Shown: in pieces, positions 11,236 through 20,488 of the stretch
How positions within the stretch are numbered: position 1 is the stretch's first letter
Layout: every line of letters starts with the position of its first letter
Assembly (NCBI GenBank): GCA_963808235.1
Contig: CAWEEQ010000004.1
Span: 768,001 to 832,000, forward strand
DNA: 64,000 nt
Direction of reading: 5' to 3'
From: an uncultured delta proteobacterium
Lineage (GTDB): Bacteria > Desulfobacterota > Binatia > Binatales > Binataceae
The notes under the pieces: generated by a model
What the model saw: the letters and a program-made list of their open reading frames with translations, nothing else
Databases searched by the model: none
Told to the model about the DNA's origin: nothing
Translations under genes and position numbers: made by a program

Positions 11236-12015
11236 ATGAGTCAGATCAACCAGGCTACCAATGCGGTCTCGGAGAGTCAGCGCGGCGTGCAATATCGAGT
11301 CCTCATCGTCGAAGACGACGCCGACATCCGCGAACTAATCCGCTACAACCTGGCGCAGGAAGGTTTCGTCGTCGAGGAAGCGGCCGACGGCGCGCAGGCA
11401 CTCGAAAAAATCAAGCGCCGGGTTCCCGATTTGATGGTGCTCGATCTGATGCTGCCCGGGATGCCGGGTTTGCAGATCTGTCGCCAGATGCGCGCCGAGC
11501 GCGACACCGCGCATCTGCCGATTCTTATCGTCACCGCGAAGGGAACCGAAGTCGATAAGGTGCTCGGCCTCGAGATGGGTGCTGACGATTACGTCGTCAA
11601 GCCGTTCAGTCCGCGCGAGCTCGTCGCGCGGGTGAAGGCGCTGCTACGTCGCGCAAATCCACTCGCCGAGCCCGAATCCGGCGGCGGTGCGTATGAAAAG
11701 GGGCGGCTTCGGATGGACTTTGGAACCTACCAGGTCTTCGTCGACGCGAACAAAAGAGAGTTGGCGCTGCGCGAGTTCGAGCTGCTGAAGTTCTTCGTGC
11801 AGCATCCGATGCGCGTCTACACGCGTGAGCAGTTGCTCGACATGGTCTGGGGCCGCGACACCTTTGTCGAGCCGCGAACCGTCAACGTCCACGTGCGCCG
11901 GCTTCGCCAGCATATCGAACGCGACGACGCGAATCCGGAACTGATCCTCACGGTGCGAAGCGTCGGTTACCGCTTCAATCCGGAACCGCTTGGCAATCCG
12001 GAAAAGCTTGGATAG
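11236..12015 (+). CDS. phoB: OmpR-family response regulator PhoB
   Basis: REC domain (VEDD, LDLMLP, GADDYVVKPF) plus winged helix (REQLLD, VRSVGYRF); in pho operon. Confidence 0.9.
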   Translation: MSQINQATNAVSESQRGVQYRVLIVEDDADIRELIRYNLAQEGFVVEEAADGAQALEKIKRRVPDLMVLDLMLPGMPGLQICRQMRAERDTAHLPILIVTAKGTEVDKVLGLEMGADDYVVKPFSPRELVARVKALLRRANPLAEPESGGGAYEKGRLRMDFGTYQVFVDANKRELALREFELLKFFVQHPMRVYTREQLLDMVWGRDTFVEPRTVNVHVRRLRQHIERDDANPELILTVRSVGYRFNPEPLGNPEKLG

Positions 12016-13408
12016 GTCACCGACGCTCCGGCTCGTCGCCGCAATTGTCACCGGTCTCGCACCGGCCGCTATTTTCCTGGTGGTGCTTGCCGCCACCGGA
12101 GCCGCATCAGTCTTCTGGGTTGTAACGGTTATCTTGATCGGACTCGCAATCGCCGCGATGTTCGCGGCGAGCATCTCAGGTTCGCTTTCGCGCCGCGCCG
12201 AACGGCTCGACGCCGTAGCTTCCGCGCTTCGCGAGCGCCGCTCGCCGCCGCATGTCCTGCCGGGGGGCAACGACGCTATGGACCGCGCGGAGCATCATCT
12301 GCTCGACGCCGCGGACGCAGTCGTCACCGACTTCGATTCGCTGACCGAGCAGCGCGATGAGTTCGCGGCAATTTTGCGCAGCATGACCGAGGCGGTCGTG
12401 GTCACCGGCGCGCGCGGCGAAGTGATTTTGCTTAACGGCGCCGCGCGCAGGGTATTCGCTCTGGGCGCCGACACCGACTATCGCGATCGGCCGTTCGTCG
12501 AGCTGTGCCGCGACCCGCGCCTGCAGGAATTCGTCGGACGCTCGATGCAATCGGCCGACACCAGCGTGATGAACGCGCAGCTCATGATCCAGAATCCCGC
12601 CCCGCTCCATATCAGCGCCAGCGCCGCGCAAATTCGCACCTCGCGCGGCGCGGCATGGGTGTTCGTCTTTCACGACATCACCCAGCTCAAGTCCTACGAG
12701 ACCCTGCGCGCCGACTTTATCTCGAACCTGACCCACGAGCTCCGCACTCCGCTCTCCGCGTTATATGGCTACGCGGAGACGCTGCTTCGCGGCGTGGACG
12801 ATCGGGAAACCTCGACCCGATTTCTCGGCATCATCGAGCGTCAGGCGCGCCGCCTGGCGCGCTTGCTCGACGACCTCGTCTCGTTGTCGGATCTCGAGCG
12901 CGGTCTGACTCCGCTCAAGGTCGAGCAGCTCGAGCCCTCGCGAGTGCTCTCTGAGGCTGCCGAGCTGATGCAGGAGCAAGCGGGCAGGCGCGGCCTTCGC
13001 CTCGAAGTGAATTGCCCGCCGGGGTTGCCCAAGCTCGCCGGCGATCGCGACCGGCTGCATCAGGTGATGCTCAATCTGATCGACAATGCGATCAAATACA
13101 CTCCGCGCGAAGGACACGTCACCGTCGAGGCGCATGAAGCGATGAGCGCCAACGGTACTGCGCCGACGCCGGGCGTGGCGCTGGTGGTCTCCGACACCGG
13201 AGAAGGAATTCCCGCGCCCGACATCCCGCGCCTGACGGAGCGATTCTATCGCGTCGATCGTGCGCGCTCGCGCGAACTCGGCGGCACCGGCCTGGGCCTC
13301 GCGATCGTCAAACACATCGTGCAACTCCATCACGGAGCGCTTCGCATCGAGAGCAAAGTGCGCGAGGGCACAACAGTCACAGTCTGGATCCCCGCCGCCC
13401 CGCAGTGA
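11990..13408 (+). CDS. phoR: PAS-domain sensor histidine kinase PhoR
   Basis: Two N-terminal TM segments, PAS, THELRTPL, NLIDNAIKY, DTGEGI, ERFYRVD, GGTGLGLAIVKH. Confidence 0.9.
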   Translation: MAIRKSLDRSPTLRLVAAIVTGLAPAAIFLVVLAATGAASVFWVVTVILIGLAIAAMFAASISGSLSRRAERLDAVASALRERRSPPHVLPGGNDAMDRAEHHLLDAADAVVTDFDSLTEQRDEFAAILRSMTEAVVVTGARGEVILLNGAARRVFALGADTDYRDRPFVELCRDPRLQEFVGRSMQSADTSVMNAQLMIQNPAPLHISASAAQIRTSRGAAWVFVFHDITQLKSYETLRADFISNLTHELRTPLSALYGYAETLLRGVDDRETSTRFLGIIERQARRLARLLDDLVSLSDLERGLTPLKVEQLEPSRVLSEAAELMQEQAGRRGLRLEVNCPPGLPKLAGDRDRLHQVMLNLIDNAIKYTPREGHVTVEAHEAMSANGTAPTPGVALVVSDTGEGIPAPDIPRLTERFYRVDRARSRELGGTGLGLAIVKHIVQLHHGALRIESKVREGTTVTVWIPAAPQ

Positions 13409-13514
13409 TTCCTTCTTATCCGCGCCACAAATTGCACGAATCGAGCACTTTCCGCCCTATTCGTCGCGCGGCTTGCTCGCGCGCGCTCGATATGAAAATT
13501 TCTAGGGTTCCGGT

Positions 13515-13591
13515 GCGCCCATAGCTCAGTGGATTAGAGCGGATGACTACGGATCATCAGGTCGGGGGTTCAAGTCCCTCTGGGCGCACCA
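13515..13591 (+). tRNA. tRNA-Arg(ACG)
   Basis: Acceptor GCGCCCA/TGGGCGC, anticodon stem GATGA-CTACGGA-TCATC, T-loop GTTCAAG, encoded CCA. Confidence 0.97.
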
Positions 13592-13639
13592 AATCTTTTT
13601 TTCAGATCGGCTAATTCCGAAAACGAGGAGCCAGCCGAG

Positions 13640-14527
13640 ATGAGAACGGCTCGCGACATCTCTATTCCCTATCGCATCGAGGATGGCGCCAAGTTCCGCC
13701 TGAAAGACTTCGATCCCGCCGACGCCGGTCGCATAAAATCGAAGAAGCACGCCGAAGAGGAGTTGCAGCACGGGGTTCAGCTACTGAGCGAATTGCAAGA
13801 CAAACTCTACGCGCAGAACCGATGGGCCGTGCTGTTGATCTTTCAAGCGATGGACGCCGCCGGCAAGGACGGCGCTATCAAGCACGTGTTGTCGGGCGTC
13901 AATCCGCAAGGATGCGAGGTCTTCTCGTTCAAGCAACCATCGGTCGAAGAACTCAGTCACGACTTCATGTGGCGGACTTCGAAGCGCGTCCCCGAGCGCG
14001 GGAAAATCGGAATCTTCAATCGCTCTTATTACGAGGAAGTTCTGGTGACGCGGGTCCACAAGGATTTGCTCGAGCGTGAGCGCATCCCGCCGTCACTGAT
14101 CAGCAAAGACCTCTGGAAAGAGCGCTTCGCGGATATCAATGCGCACGAACGCTACCTCGCGCACAACGGAATCGTGATTCTGAAGTTCTTTCTCAACCTG
14201 TCGAAAAAGGAACAACGCAAACGCTTTCTGAAAAGACTCGAAGAGCCCGCAAAGAACTGGAAATATTCGGCCGCCGACATCAGCGAGCGCGGTCTCTGGC
14301 GCGACTACATGTCGGCGTACGAACAAATGATCCAGAATACTGCGACCCCGCATGCGCCCTGGTTCGTCGTGCCTGCCGACAACAAGTGGTACACGCGCCT
14401 TGTGGTCGCCGCGGCTATCGCGCATGCGCTCGAAGAATTGAAGCTCAGCTATCCTAAAGTCGACGCGGCAAAGCGCAAGGAATTGAAAGCGGCGCAGATC
14501 GCGCTTCAAAATGAGCGCAGTGACTGA
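13640..14527 (+). CDS. ppk2: Polyphosphate kinase 2 family protein (class III-like)
   Basis: QAMDAAGKDG Walker A, IFNRSYYEEV, KNWK, APWFVVPADNKW. Confidence 0.93.
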   Translation: MRTARDISIPYRIEDGAKFRLKDFDPADAGRIKSKKHAEEELQHGVQLLSELQDKLYAQNRWAVLLIFQAMDAAGKDGAIKHVLSGVNPQGCEVFSFKQPSVEELSHDFMWRTSKRVPERGKIGIFNRSYYEEVLVTRVHKDLLERERIPPSLISKDLWKERFADINAHERYLAHNGIVILKFFLNLSKKEQRKRFLKRLEEPAKNWKYSAADISERGLWRDYMSAYEQMIQNTATPHAPWFVVPADNKWYTRLVVAAAIAHALEELKLSYPKVDAAKRKELKAAQIALQNERSD

Positions 14528-15758
14528 GCCGCCCGCATTTGCGGCCGCCGCGCCCGCCGATTCTATTTCGCCGCTCGCCGAGTTCGACTCGCCACGTGCG
14601 TGGTGGATGGTTGCGGCCGCATTTGTCGCGATGTTCGCGACGTACAGCGTCGCCTACAGCTTCGGCGCGTTCTTCAAACCGATGGCCGCGCAGTTCGGCG
14701 CGGATCGCAGCGCCACCTCCGCAATGTTTTCGTTGACCGTGCTGGTCTGGTGCGTGCTCGGCCCAGTCACCGGCCATCTCTCGGATCGATTCGGTCCACG
14801 AATCGTGCTCGCGTCCGGGGCGCTCGTCATGGGGCTGGGTCTCGCGCTTACATCAACGATCGATCGCCTGTGGATTGGCTACCTGACCTACGGAATCGGC
14901 GTCGGCGTCGGAGTCGCGTGCGCGTATGTTCCGATGGTCGCGGTGGTCGGAGGATGGTTTCTGCGCCGGCGCAACACCGCACTCGGGATCGCGGTGGCCG
15001 GAATCGGATTCGGCACGGTGTGCGGCGCGCCGATCGCCGCAGTGTTGATCGCGCCGCTCGGCTGGCGCGCGACCTACCTTGTTTTCGCGATCGCGACCAC
15101 CGCGATTCTGCTCGGATGCGCTTTCGTAGCCGAGCGCCCTCCGGTCCACGTCACGCCCTCGCGCGTACGTCTTGGCGACGCGCTCCGCACTCCGGCCTTC
15201 GTACTTTTGTACGCATCGTCGGTTATGGTCTCAACGGCACTGTTCGTGCCGTTCGTCTATCTGCCGTCATTCGCGCACGATCATGGCGTGTCCGAATTTT
15301 CAAGCGCCGCGCTGGTCGGCGTAATTGGCGGCGCGAGCGTAGCGGGGCGGATGGGACTCGGCGCGCTTGCCGATCGCGCCGGCGTCGTGCGCCTCTACCA
15401 GGCAAGCTTTCTGGTACTCGCGCTCAGCTATGGCATCTGGATGTTTGCGAGTTCGTACTCCGCAATGCTGCTCTTCGCAATCGTGATGGGCGCCGGCTAC
15501 GGCGGATACGTCGCGCTATCTCCCGCGGTGATAGCTCACCTGTTCGGGACGCATCGGATGGGCACGATGCTCGGCGCTCTTTATACCGCCGGTGGATTTG
15601 GCGCGATGGTCGGTCCGCCGATAGTTGGCTTGATCATTGACCGGACCGGCAGCTACCGCGTCGCGATCGCGGCCGCATTCGCAGTCGCGATGCTTTCCTT
15701 CGCGCTGCTGATCCCATTGCGCCGCTACGAACCGGCCAGCCAAACCCTCGTAGATTGA
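14511..15758 (+). CDS. MFS transporter (MCT/OFA-like)
   Basis: About 12 TM segments; motif A GHLSDRFGPR and GALADRAG. Confidence 0.9.
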   Translation: MSAVTEPPAFAAAAPADSISPLAEFDSPRAWWMVAAAFVAMFATYSVAYSFGAFFKPMAAQFGADRSATSAMFSLTVLVWCVLGPVTGHLSDRFGPRIVLASGALVMGLGLALTSTIDRLWIGYLTYGIGVGVGVACAYVPMVAVVGGWFLRRRNTALGIAVAGIGFGTVCGAPIAAVLIAPLGWRATYLVFAIATTAILLGCAFVAERPPVHVTPSRVRLGDALRTPAFVLLYASSVMVSTALFVPFVYLPSFAHDHGVSEFSSAALVGVIGGASVAGRMGLGALADRAGVVRLYQASFLVLALSYGIWMFASSYSAMLLFAIVMGAGYGGYVALSPAVIAHLFGTHRMGTMLGALYTAGGFGAMVGPPIVGLIIDRTGSYRVAIAAAFAVAMLSFALLIPLRRYEPASQTLVD

Positions 15759-15783
15759 AAGTAGTCACAATATGAACTACATT
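15755..15783 (+). promoter_or_regulatory. Sigma70-type promoter with palindromic operator of the TA pair
   Basis: TTGAAA-17 bp-TACATT; inverted repeat GTAGT...ACTAC (15761-15780) covers the spacer. Confidence 0.6.
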
Positions 15784-15791
15784 GAAGTTCG

Positions 15792-16091
15792 ATGCCGAAG
15801 CGTTCTGTTAAGCTCGGCCCCGATGCGATCCGTCACTTCAGGGCGCTCCGCGCGGCCGAACGCGCGCGGCTTGCGGCGGCGATGCAGGCCGGGCTCGGTG
15901 AAGATGATGCAACCGTTGAGAACAAAAACCGCTTCCGTTTGCGACGTCCCTCCGGGCAGTCCGAGTTCGAGTTCCGGAAAGGAGATTTGCGCGTCTTCTA
16001 TCGCGTTGCAGACGATGAAGTACTGGTCGATGCAATCGGACGCAAGCGCGGCAACCAACTTTTCATTGGCGGCAGTAAGGTGACTCTATGA
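15792..16091 (+). CDS. Type II toxin, RelE/ParE superfamily
   Basis: 99 aa basic protein, EFRKGDLRVFYRV..VLVDAIGRK; ATGA overlap with the antitoxin. Confidence 0.8.
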   Translation: MPKRSVKLGPDAIRHFRALRAAERARLAAAMQAGLGEDDATVENKNRFRLRRPSGQSEFEFRKGDLRVFYRVADDEVLVDAIGRKRGNQLFIGGSKVTL

Positions 16092-16330
16092 AAATTGAAA
16101 ACATTCGCGAGGTTAAGACGCGGTTCAGTCGCTATGTCAACGAGCTGCCCAAAAGTGGCTCGATACTGATCACCAAGAACGGCCGGCCGTGCGCGGCGTT
16201 GATGCCGGTGACAGAAGACACGGACCTTGAAGCCCTGGCGCTGTCCCAGAACAAGCGTTTCTGGAAAATAATCGATGATGCGATTGCGCGCGGGAAAAAA
16301 GAGGGCTTCGTTGATTTGGCTGATCTCTAG
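16088..16330 (+). CDS. Type II antitoxin, Phd/YefM family
   Basis: IREVKTRFSRYV..ILITKNGRPCAAL; acidic C-terminus. Confidence 0.85.
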   Translation: MKIENIREVKTRFSRYVNELPKSGSILITKNGRPCAALMPVTEDTDLEALALSQNKRFWKIIDDAIARGKKEGFVDLADL

Positions 16331-16360
16331 AACACTAGCGGCGCACGCGCTACGAACCGG

Positions 16361-17431
16361 TTACCGAGTCGCCGATTGCGCCGGGCTGGCCGGCGCCGCG
16401 ACCGTGAAACTCCACTCGTAGAGCTTGTCGGCTTCCTTCAACGCGACCTTGTAATGACCGGGCGCCAGCGGTTCGCGCGGAATGATCACCGCCGCGCCGA
16501 TCGCTTTGAGACCTTCCTTGCCAGTCGTGGTCTCTTGCGTATCGCGGCCATTATATGACGCCGCCGTGATGAGGCATGTTTCCAGCTCGACACCATCGCG
16601 CGAAACGAGATTCGACGAAACTTCAAGACTGCCATCGGCGCCATATCCTTCGCCAAGTTGAATCGAAATCGGCGCGCCAGTCGGCGCTTTGTATCCGGGG
16701 CACGCCGTCAATGGATCGGGATACTCGCCGCCCGGATACGATTGCCAATCTATAGTGGCGCCGTTGGGCGGAAATTCGACCGCCGCTTTCAATCGTCCGG
16801 TCTCTGCGGGGATTAGCCCAAGCCCCGGATTCCAAAGTCGATCGCTTGCAGGTCCGTCGTAGAGCTCCAGGCGCACCGACTTCTCCAACCCGTACCGGCC
16901 CGGAATCACGATTGCGCATTCTCCAGAATCGCAGTAAGCGCCAAGTCCAACCAGCGAGAACTGCGGGACCATCGCAGTCAGGCCGCTGAATGGCATCGCC
17001 AGCAGGCGATCGACAAATTCGGCCCCGCTCAGATCGATCTGGCGCGCATTCAGGATTACCGATCTCACGCCGGCTGACGCGCCCCTGTCGCTGTAGAACG
17101 GCTTTCCCTTGATCTCAAACTTTGCGGGTTCCTGCCGAACTTGAATCTGCAGCTTCTGTTTGTCGAGAACGATATCGCCGCCGCCAATCCCATTTTTGAC
17201 CAGGTAGCGCGCGTGATCATACGCGCCCGCGCTCAGCGCGCTGTCATCGACGACCGGCGGCAGCTTCGCCATCGCGCGATAGTAGTTCAGCCGCGCGTTG
17301 GCACTCGAGGCGAAATCGGCCAGCGCGCCCGACGATGCCGGGTCCGTCTGCGCGACGGCAAGGCTCGTCGCGAAAATCATTGCGCCACCGGCCAAAACGG
17401 CAAACTTGAAGTATCGCATGAAGTATCGCAT
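16361..17431 (-). CDS. Secreted CAP/SCP-like domain protein
   Basis: Signal peptide; LNYYRAMAKLPPV..LSAGAYDHARY CAP-like start; GEYPDP. Confidence 0.65.
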   Translation of the reverse strand: MRYFMRYFKFAVLAGGAMIFATSLAVAQTDPASSGALADFASSANARLNYYRAMAKLPPVVDDSALSAGAYDHARYLVKNGIGGGDIVLDKQKLQIQVRQEPAKFEIKGKPFYSDRGASAGVRSVILNARQIDLSGAEFVDRLLAMPFSGLTAMVPQFSLVGLGAYCDSGECAIVIPGRYGLEKSVRLELYDGPASDRLWNPGLGLIPAETGRLKAAVEFPPNGATIDWQSYPGGEYPDPLTACPGYKAPTGAPISIQLGEGYGADGSLEVSSNLVSRDGVELETCLITAASYNGRDTQETTTGKEGLKAIGAAVIIPREPLAPGHYKVALKEADKLYEWSFTVAAPASPAQSATR

Positions 17432-17442
17432 GAAGTATCGCT
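17407..17442. repeat. 12-bp tandem repeat x3 (TGAAGTATCGCA)
   Basis: Read directly; encodes MRYF-MRYF on the minus strand. Confidence 0.9.
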
Positions 17443-17843
17443 TACGACTCCGAACAAAGTCCGTGCGCGCGCAGATACTTCACATCGTCGTCAGTAATTT
17501 TCGGCCCACTTTTGATTTGTGCCCAGGTTACCGACTGGTTCAACGTGTTGATCCCGCATTCGACCTCGAACATCTCGGCGCCGTCAGTCCTTTTGATCGG
17601 CACGAAGATGTTCGCCGTGCGTACCGAATTCTGCTCGACCATCCGCGGATCGGCCGTCATCCCATTGCTCATCTCGACGCTTTGCCCGCGAACGCTGTTG
17701 CAGATTGGCGCCGGATCGACTTTGCATCCGTTCATGTCGACGACGTTCGTCGAACCCGTGCTGCCGCTCGGCGCAGGTTGTGACGCGCATGCCGCGACCG
17801 CCATCGATACAAACAGAGCTGGAATCAGCAAACCTCGCCGCAT
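17442..17843 (-). CDS. Hypothetical lipoprotein
   Basis: Lipobox-like VAAC after a hydrophobic leader; 4 further Cys. Confidence 0.7.
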   Translation of the reverse strand: MRRGLLIPALFVSMAVAACASQPAPSGSTGSTNVVDMNGCKVDPAPICNSVRGQSVEMSNGMTADPRMVEQNSVRTANIFVPIKRTDGAEMFEVECGINTLNQSVTWAQIKSGPKITDDDVKYLRAHGLCSES

Positions 17844-18065
17844 GTCGGAACCCCTTTATCGAGACGGATTAAAGATCTCACCGGAAAGTAACAGTGCGCC
17901 AACTCTTTGACAACAAAACCGGTTCCGCGGATTACCAAGTCGCGGGAATTCATGTGCGCACTTCCACGCCTTCACGAGTTGAGTTGTTAAATCGAGGATG
18001 GTGCTGCTAGTTTCGAAAAATGAATTGCCCGCGGCTTGGGGCTGCGCGCTTAGGGGATATTTTCG

Positions 18066-18314
18066 ATGCGTAAAATCATAATGTCCGGTCTCTTTGCGAT
18101 TGCGGTAGTCGGGCTCGCGTTCGCGGCCGATAGGGATCGCCACGCGAGCTTCAACGATCCGAAGACGCCGGCCGCAGTCGCGCAGTGCAAGGGCTTCTAC
18201 GGGACGGACGACAATCTGACGGCGTGCAACGATTTCTGCGGCCAGTGGCGGACTGCCAACGCGGGCGGCACCTGCGCCTGCGACGACGGCAGGTGTCCCG
18301 CCGACGACCATTAG
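18066..18314 (+). CDS. Small secreted six-cysteine protein
   Basis: Signal peptide ending AFA; C-x12-CxxxC-x11-CxC-x4-C; AGGGGA RBS upstream. Confidence 0.7.
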   Translation: MRKIIMSGLFAIAVVGLAFAADRDRHASFNDPKTPAAVAQCKGFYGTDDNLTACNDFCGQWRTANAGGTCACDDGRCPADDH

Positions 18315-18339
18315 GATTCAGTTCGCGCGCGCAGCGCCG

Positions 18340-19053
18340 CTAAGCTGCGTCGTGAAAGATCACGCCCATCGCATAGCGCACGCCGGATGTAACCGTGCTC
18401 ACGCCGTGGCGCATGTTCACGCGATGAAATCCGCGCGCGCCCGCGACCGGGCGATAGCGGTTCGCGAAGATAATTCCTTCGCCTTCATTCAGCGCGATCG
18501 CTTCGCCGCGCGATTGCGCCCGCGGCCGCTGCTCGACCAGTAGCAATTCGCCGCCTTCGAAATCGCGCCCGCGCCGGTTGAGCGCGCACGTGAACTGAAC
18601 CGGGAACGCAATCTCGCCGTACAAGTCCTGATGCAGGCAGTTGTATCCGCCGGTCTCGTAACGAAGGATTAGCGGGGTCGGCCTGGTCTGGCCACGCGCC
18701 GCGCACATCTTCAGAAAAGCCGAGAGCGTTTCGGGATACGAGTCGCGACTGCGCAATCGCGCGGCCCACCTGTCGGCGGTACCGACCAGCTTGCGATACA
18801 GCTCGGTTCGAAGCCGTTCGACGATCTCCGGCATCGGGCGCGCGAAGTACTTATACTCTCCGACGCCGTAACGGTGCCGCTCCATCACGATGCGGCTTCG
18901 AAACCGCTCGCGATTCGGATAGAGCGCGATCAAGTCGGCGCATTCGCTCGAGCGCAGGAACTTTCCGGTCGTCGCGTAACCGCGCGCGTCGAGATCGCGC
19001 TCGATTCGATCCCAGTCGAGCCGCGCAATACGATCGGCGATGCTCGCTCCAAT
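18340..19053 (-). CDS. 2OG-Fe(II) oxygenase (DUF2086-like); start uncertain
   Basis: RPTPLILRY..YNCLHQDLYG..EQRPRAQS..MRHGVS..IFHDA; protein-like frame extends to ATT at 19053. Confidence 0.85.
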   Translation of the reverse strand: MGASIADRIARLDWDRIERDLDARGYATTGKFLRSSECADLIALYPNRERFRSRIVMERHRYGVGEYKYFARPMPEIVERLRTELYRKLVGTADRWAARLRSRDSYPETLSAFLKMCAARGQTRPTPLILRYETGGYNCLHQDLYGEIAFPVQFTCALNRRGRDFEGGELLLVEQRPRAQSRGEAIALNEGEGIIFANRYRPVAGARGFHRVNMRHGVSTVTSGVRYAMGVIFHDAA

Positions 19054-19054
19054 C

Positions 19055-19945
19055 TTACTCGGCGTTGGCGCGGATGAACTCTCCTATCTTCTCGATCGCC
19101 TGCTGCCCCTCATCGAGCATCGGTGCGAAAATTTGCCATACGTGGATCATGTTCTCCCACGGCTCCAGCGTAACCTTCACTCCCGCTTTGCGCGCGCGCT
19201 CTGCGAGCCGGGTCGAGTCATCGAGCAAAGTTTCCGCAGTGCCGACCTGGATCAACAACGGCGGAAGTCCTGCGAGGTCTGCATAGAGCGGCGCTGCGAG
19301 CGGCGTGCGCGGATCCTTGCCCGCAAGATAAGCCGCCGCCATTTCGATCAGGCCGTCCTTTTGGACCATCGGATCCGCAGCCGCCTTCGACTTCATCGAA
19401 TCGCCGAGCCCTTCGAGATCGACCCACGGCGACATACACACGCCGGCGCCCGGAAGCGCGAGCTTCGCATCGCGAATCGCGACCAGCGTCGCGACCGTCA
19501 GCCCGCCGCCTGCGGAGTCGCCGGCGACGGCGATGCGCGCAGGCTTCAGTCCCGTCGAGATCATCCAGCGATACGCGGCGACCGAATCGTCGACAGCCGC
19601 GGGAAATGGATGCTCCGGCGCGAGCCGGTACTCGATCACCAGCACTCGCGCTTTCGACGCGCGCGAAAGTCTCGCCGCGAGCGAGCGATGAGTATTGATC
19701 GAGCCGATAACGTACCCGCCACCGTGCAGGTAAAGGATCGCGCGCCCCGTGTCTGCCCCCGGCGCCGTCACCCACTCGGCCTTGATTCCGCCAGCATTCA
19801 CCGGCTCGCACTTGACGTCCGCATCGACCGGAAAGAGTCCAGCCATCTGCTCAAATCCCGCGCGCGTCTCCTCGACTGACGGCTTGCCCGCGATCGGCTG
19901 CGCCTTGAGCATTTGGACGATTTGTTGAAGCTGTTGTTGTGACAT
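19055..19945 (-). CDS. Alpha/beta hydrolase (HSL-family esterase)
   Basis: HGGG, YRLAPEHPFPAA, GDSAGG, C-terminal HVW; GGAGG RBS before ATG 19945. Confidence 0.93.
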   Translation of the reverse strand: MSQQQLQQIVQMLKAQPIAGKPSVEETRAGFEQMAGLFPVDADVKCEPVNAGGIKAEWVTAPGADTGRAILYLHGGGYVIGSINTHRSLAARLSRASKARVLVIEYRLAPEHPFPAAVDDSVAAYRWMISTGLKPARIAVAGDSAGGGLTVATLVAIRDAKLALPGAGVCMSPWVDLEGLGDSMKSKAAADPMVQKDGLIEMAAAYLAGKDPRTPLAAPLYADLAGLPPLLIQVGTAETLLDDSTRLAERARKAGVKVTLEPWENMIHVWQIFAPMLDEGQQAIEKIGEFIRANAE

Positions 19946-20046
19946 CGAATACCTCCGGTTTCCTGGTGCGGCGCCGAGTATAGCGCCGCTCGTTTGCACC
20001 CTGCAAAGACGCGTTCGGTTCGCGCCGCGCATGGCATAATCACCGC

Positions 20047-20475
20047 ATGGCGATCGAGTACACGATCCTCGCCGACGCGATCGTCATCGTCCACGCGGCA
20101 TACGTAGCGTTCGTCGTGGGCGGACTCGTCGCGATTCTGATCGGCGGTGCGACGGGATGGCGATGGACCCGAAGCTTCGCGTTTCGAGTCGCGCACCTCG
20201 CCGCGATTACGCTCGTATGCATCGAGTCAGTCGTCGGCGTGATGTGTCCGCTGACTTCGCTCGAAGACTGGATGCGCGCGCGTGGCGGAGCCGCGCGGTA
20301 TCGCGGTGACTTCGTCGGCTACTGGGCGCATCGCCTGATTTTCTACAACTTCCCGCCGTGGGCATTCGCGATCGTGTACTTCACATTCGCGGCTCTGGTC
20401 GTCATCACATTCATTCTTCTACCGCCACGATGGCCCACCCGCACGCATCGTGCGCACACTAGCGATCCGCTCTGA
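20047..20475 (+). CDS. DUF2784 family membrane protein
   Basis: LADAIVIVHAAYVAFVVGG..HL..CPLTSLE..R. Confidence 0.8.
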   Translation: MAIEYTILADAIVIVHAAYVAFVVGGLVAILIGGATGWRWTRSFAFRVAHLAAITLVCIESVVGVMCPLTSLEDWMRARGGAARYRGDFVGYWAHRLIFYNFPPWAFAIVYFTFAALVVITFILLPPRWPTRTHRAHTSDPL

Positions 20476-20488
20476 GAGGAAGACGCGG

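Noticed and set aside
11878-11895. PhoB recognition helix reads TVNVH rather than the usual TVDVH
   Set aside because: A single G-to-A difference that cannot be distinguished from a read error or neutral variant without reads.
18066-18314. RiPP precursor
   Set aside because: It has a Sec-type signal peptide and no adjacent dedicated modifying enzyme; the neighbouring oxygenase is convergent and belongs to a widespread family.
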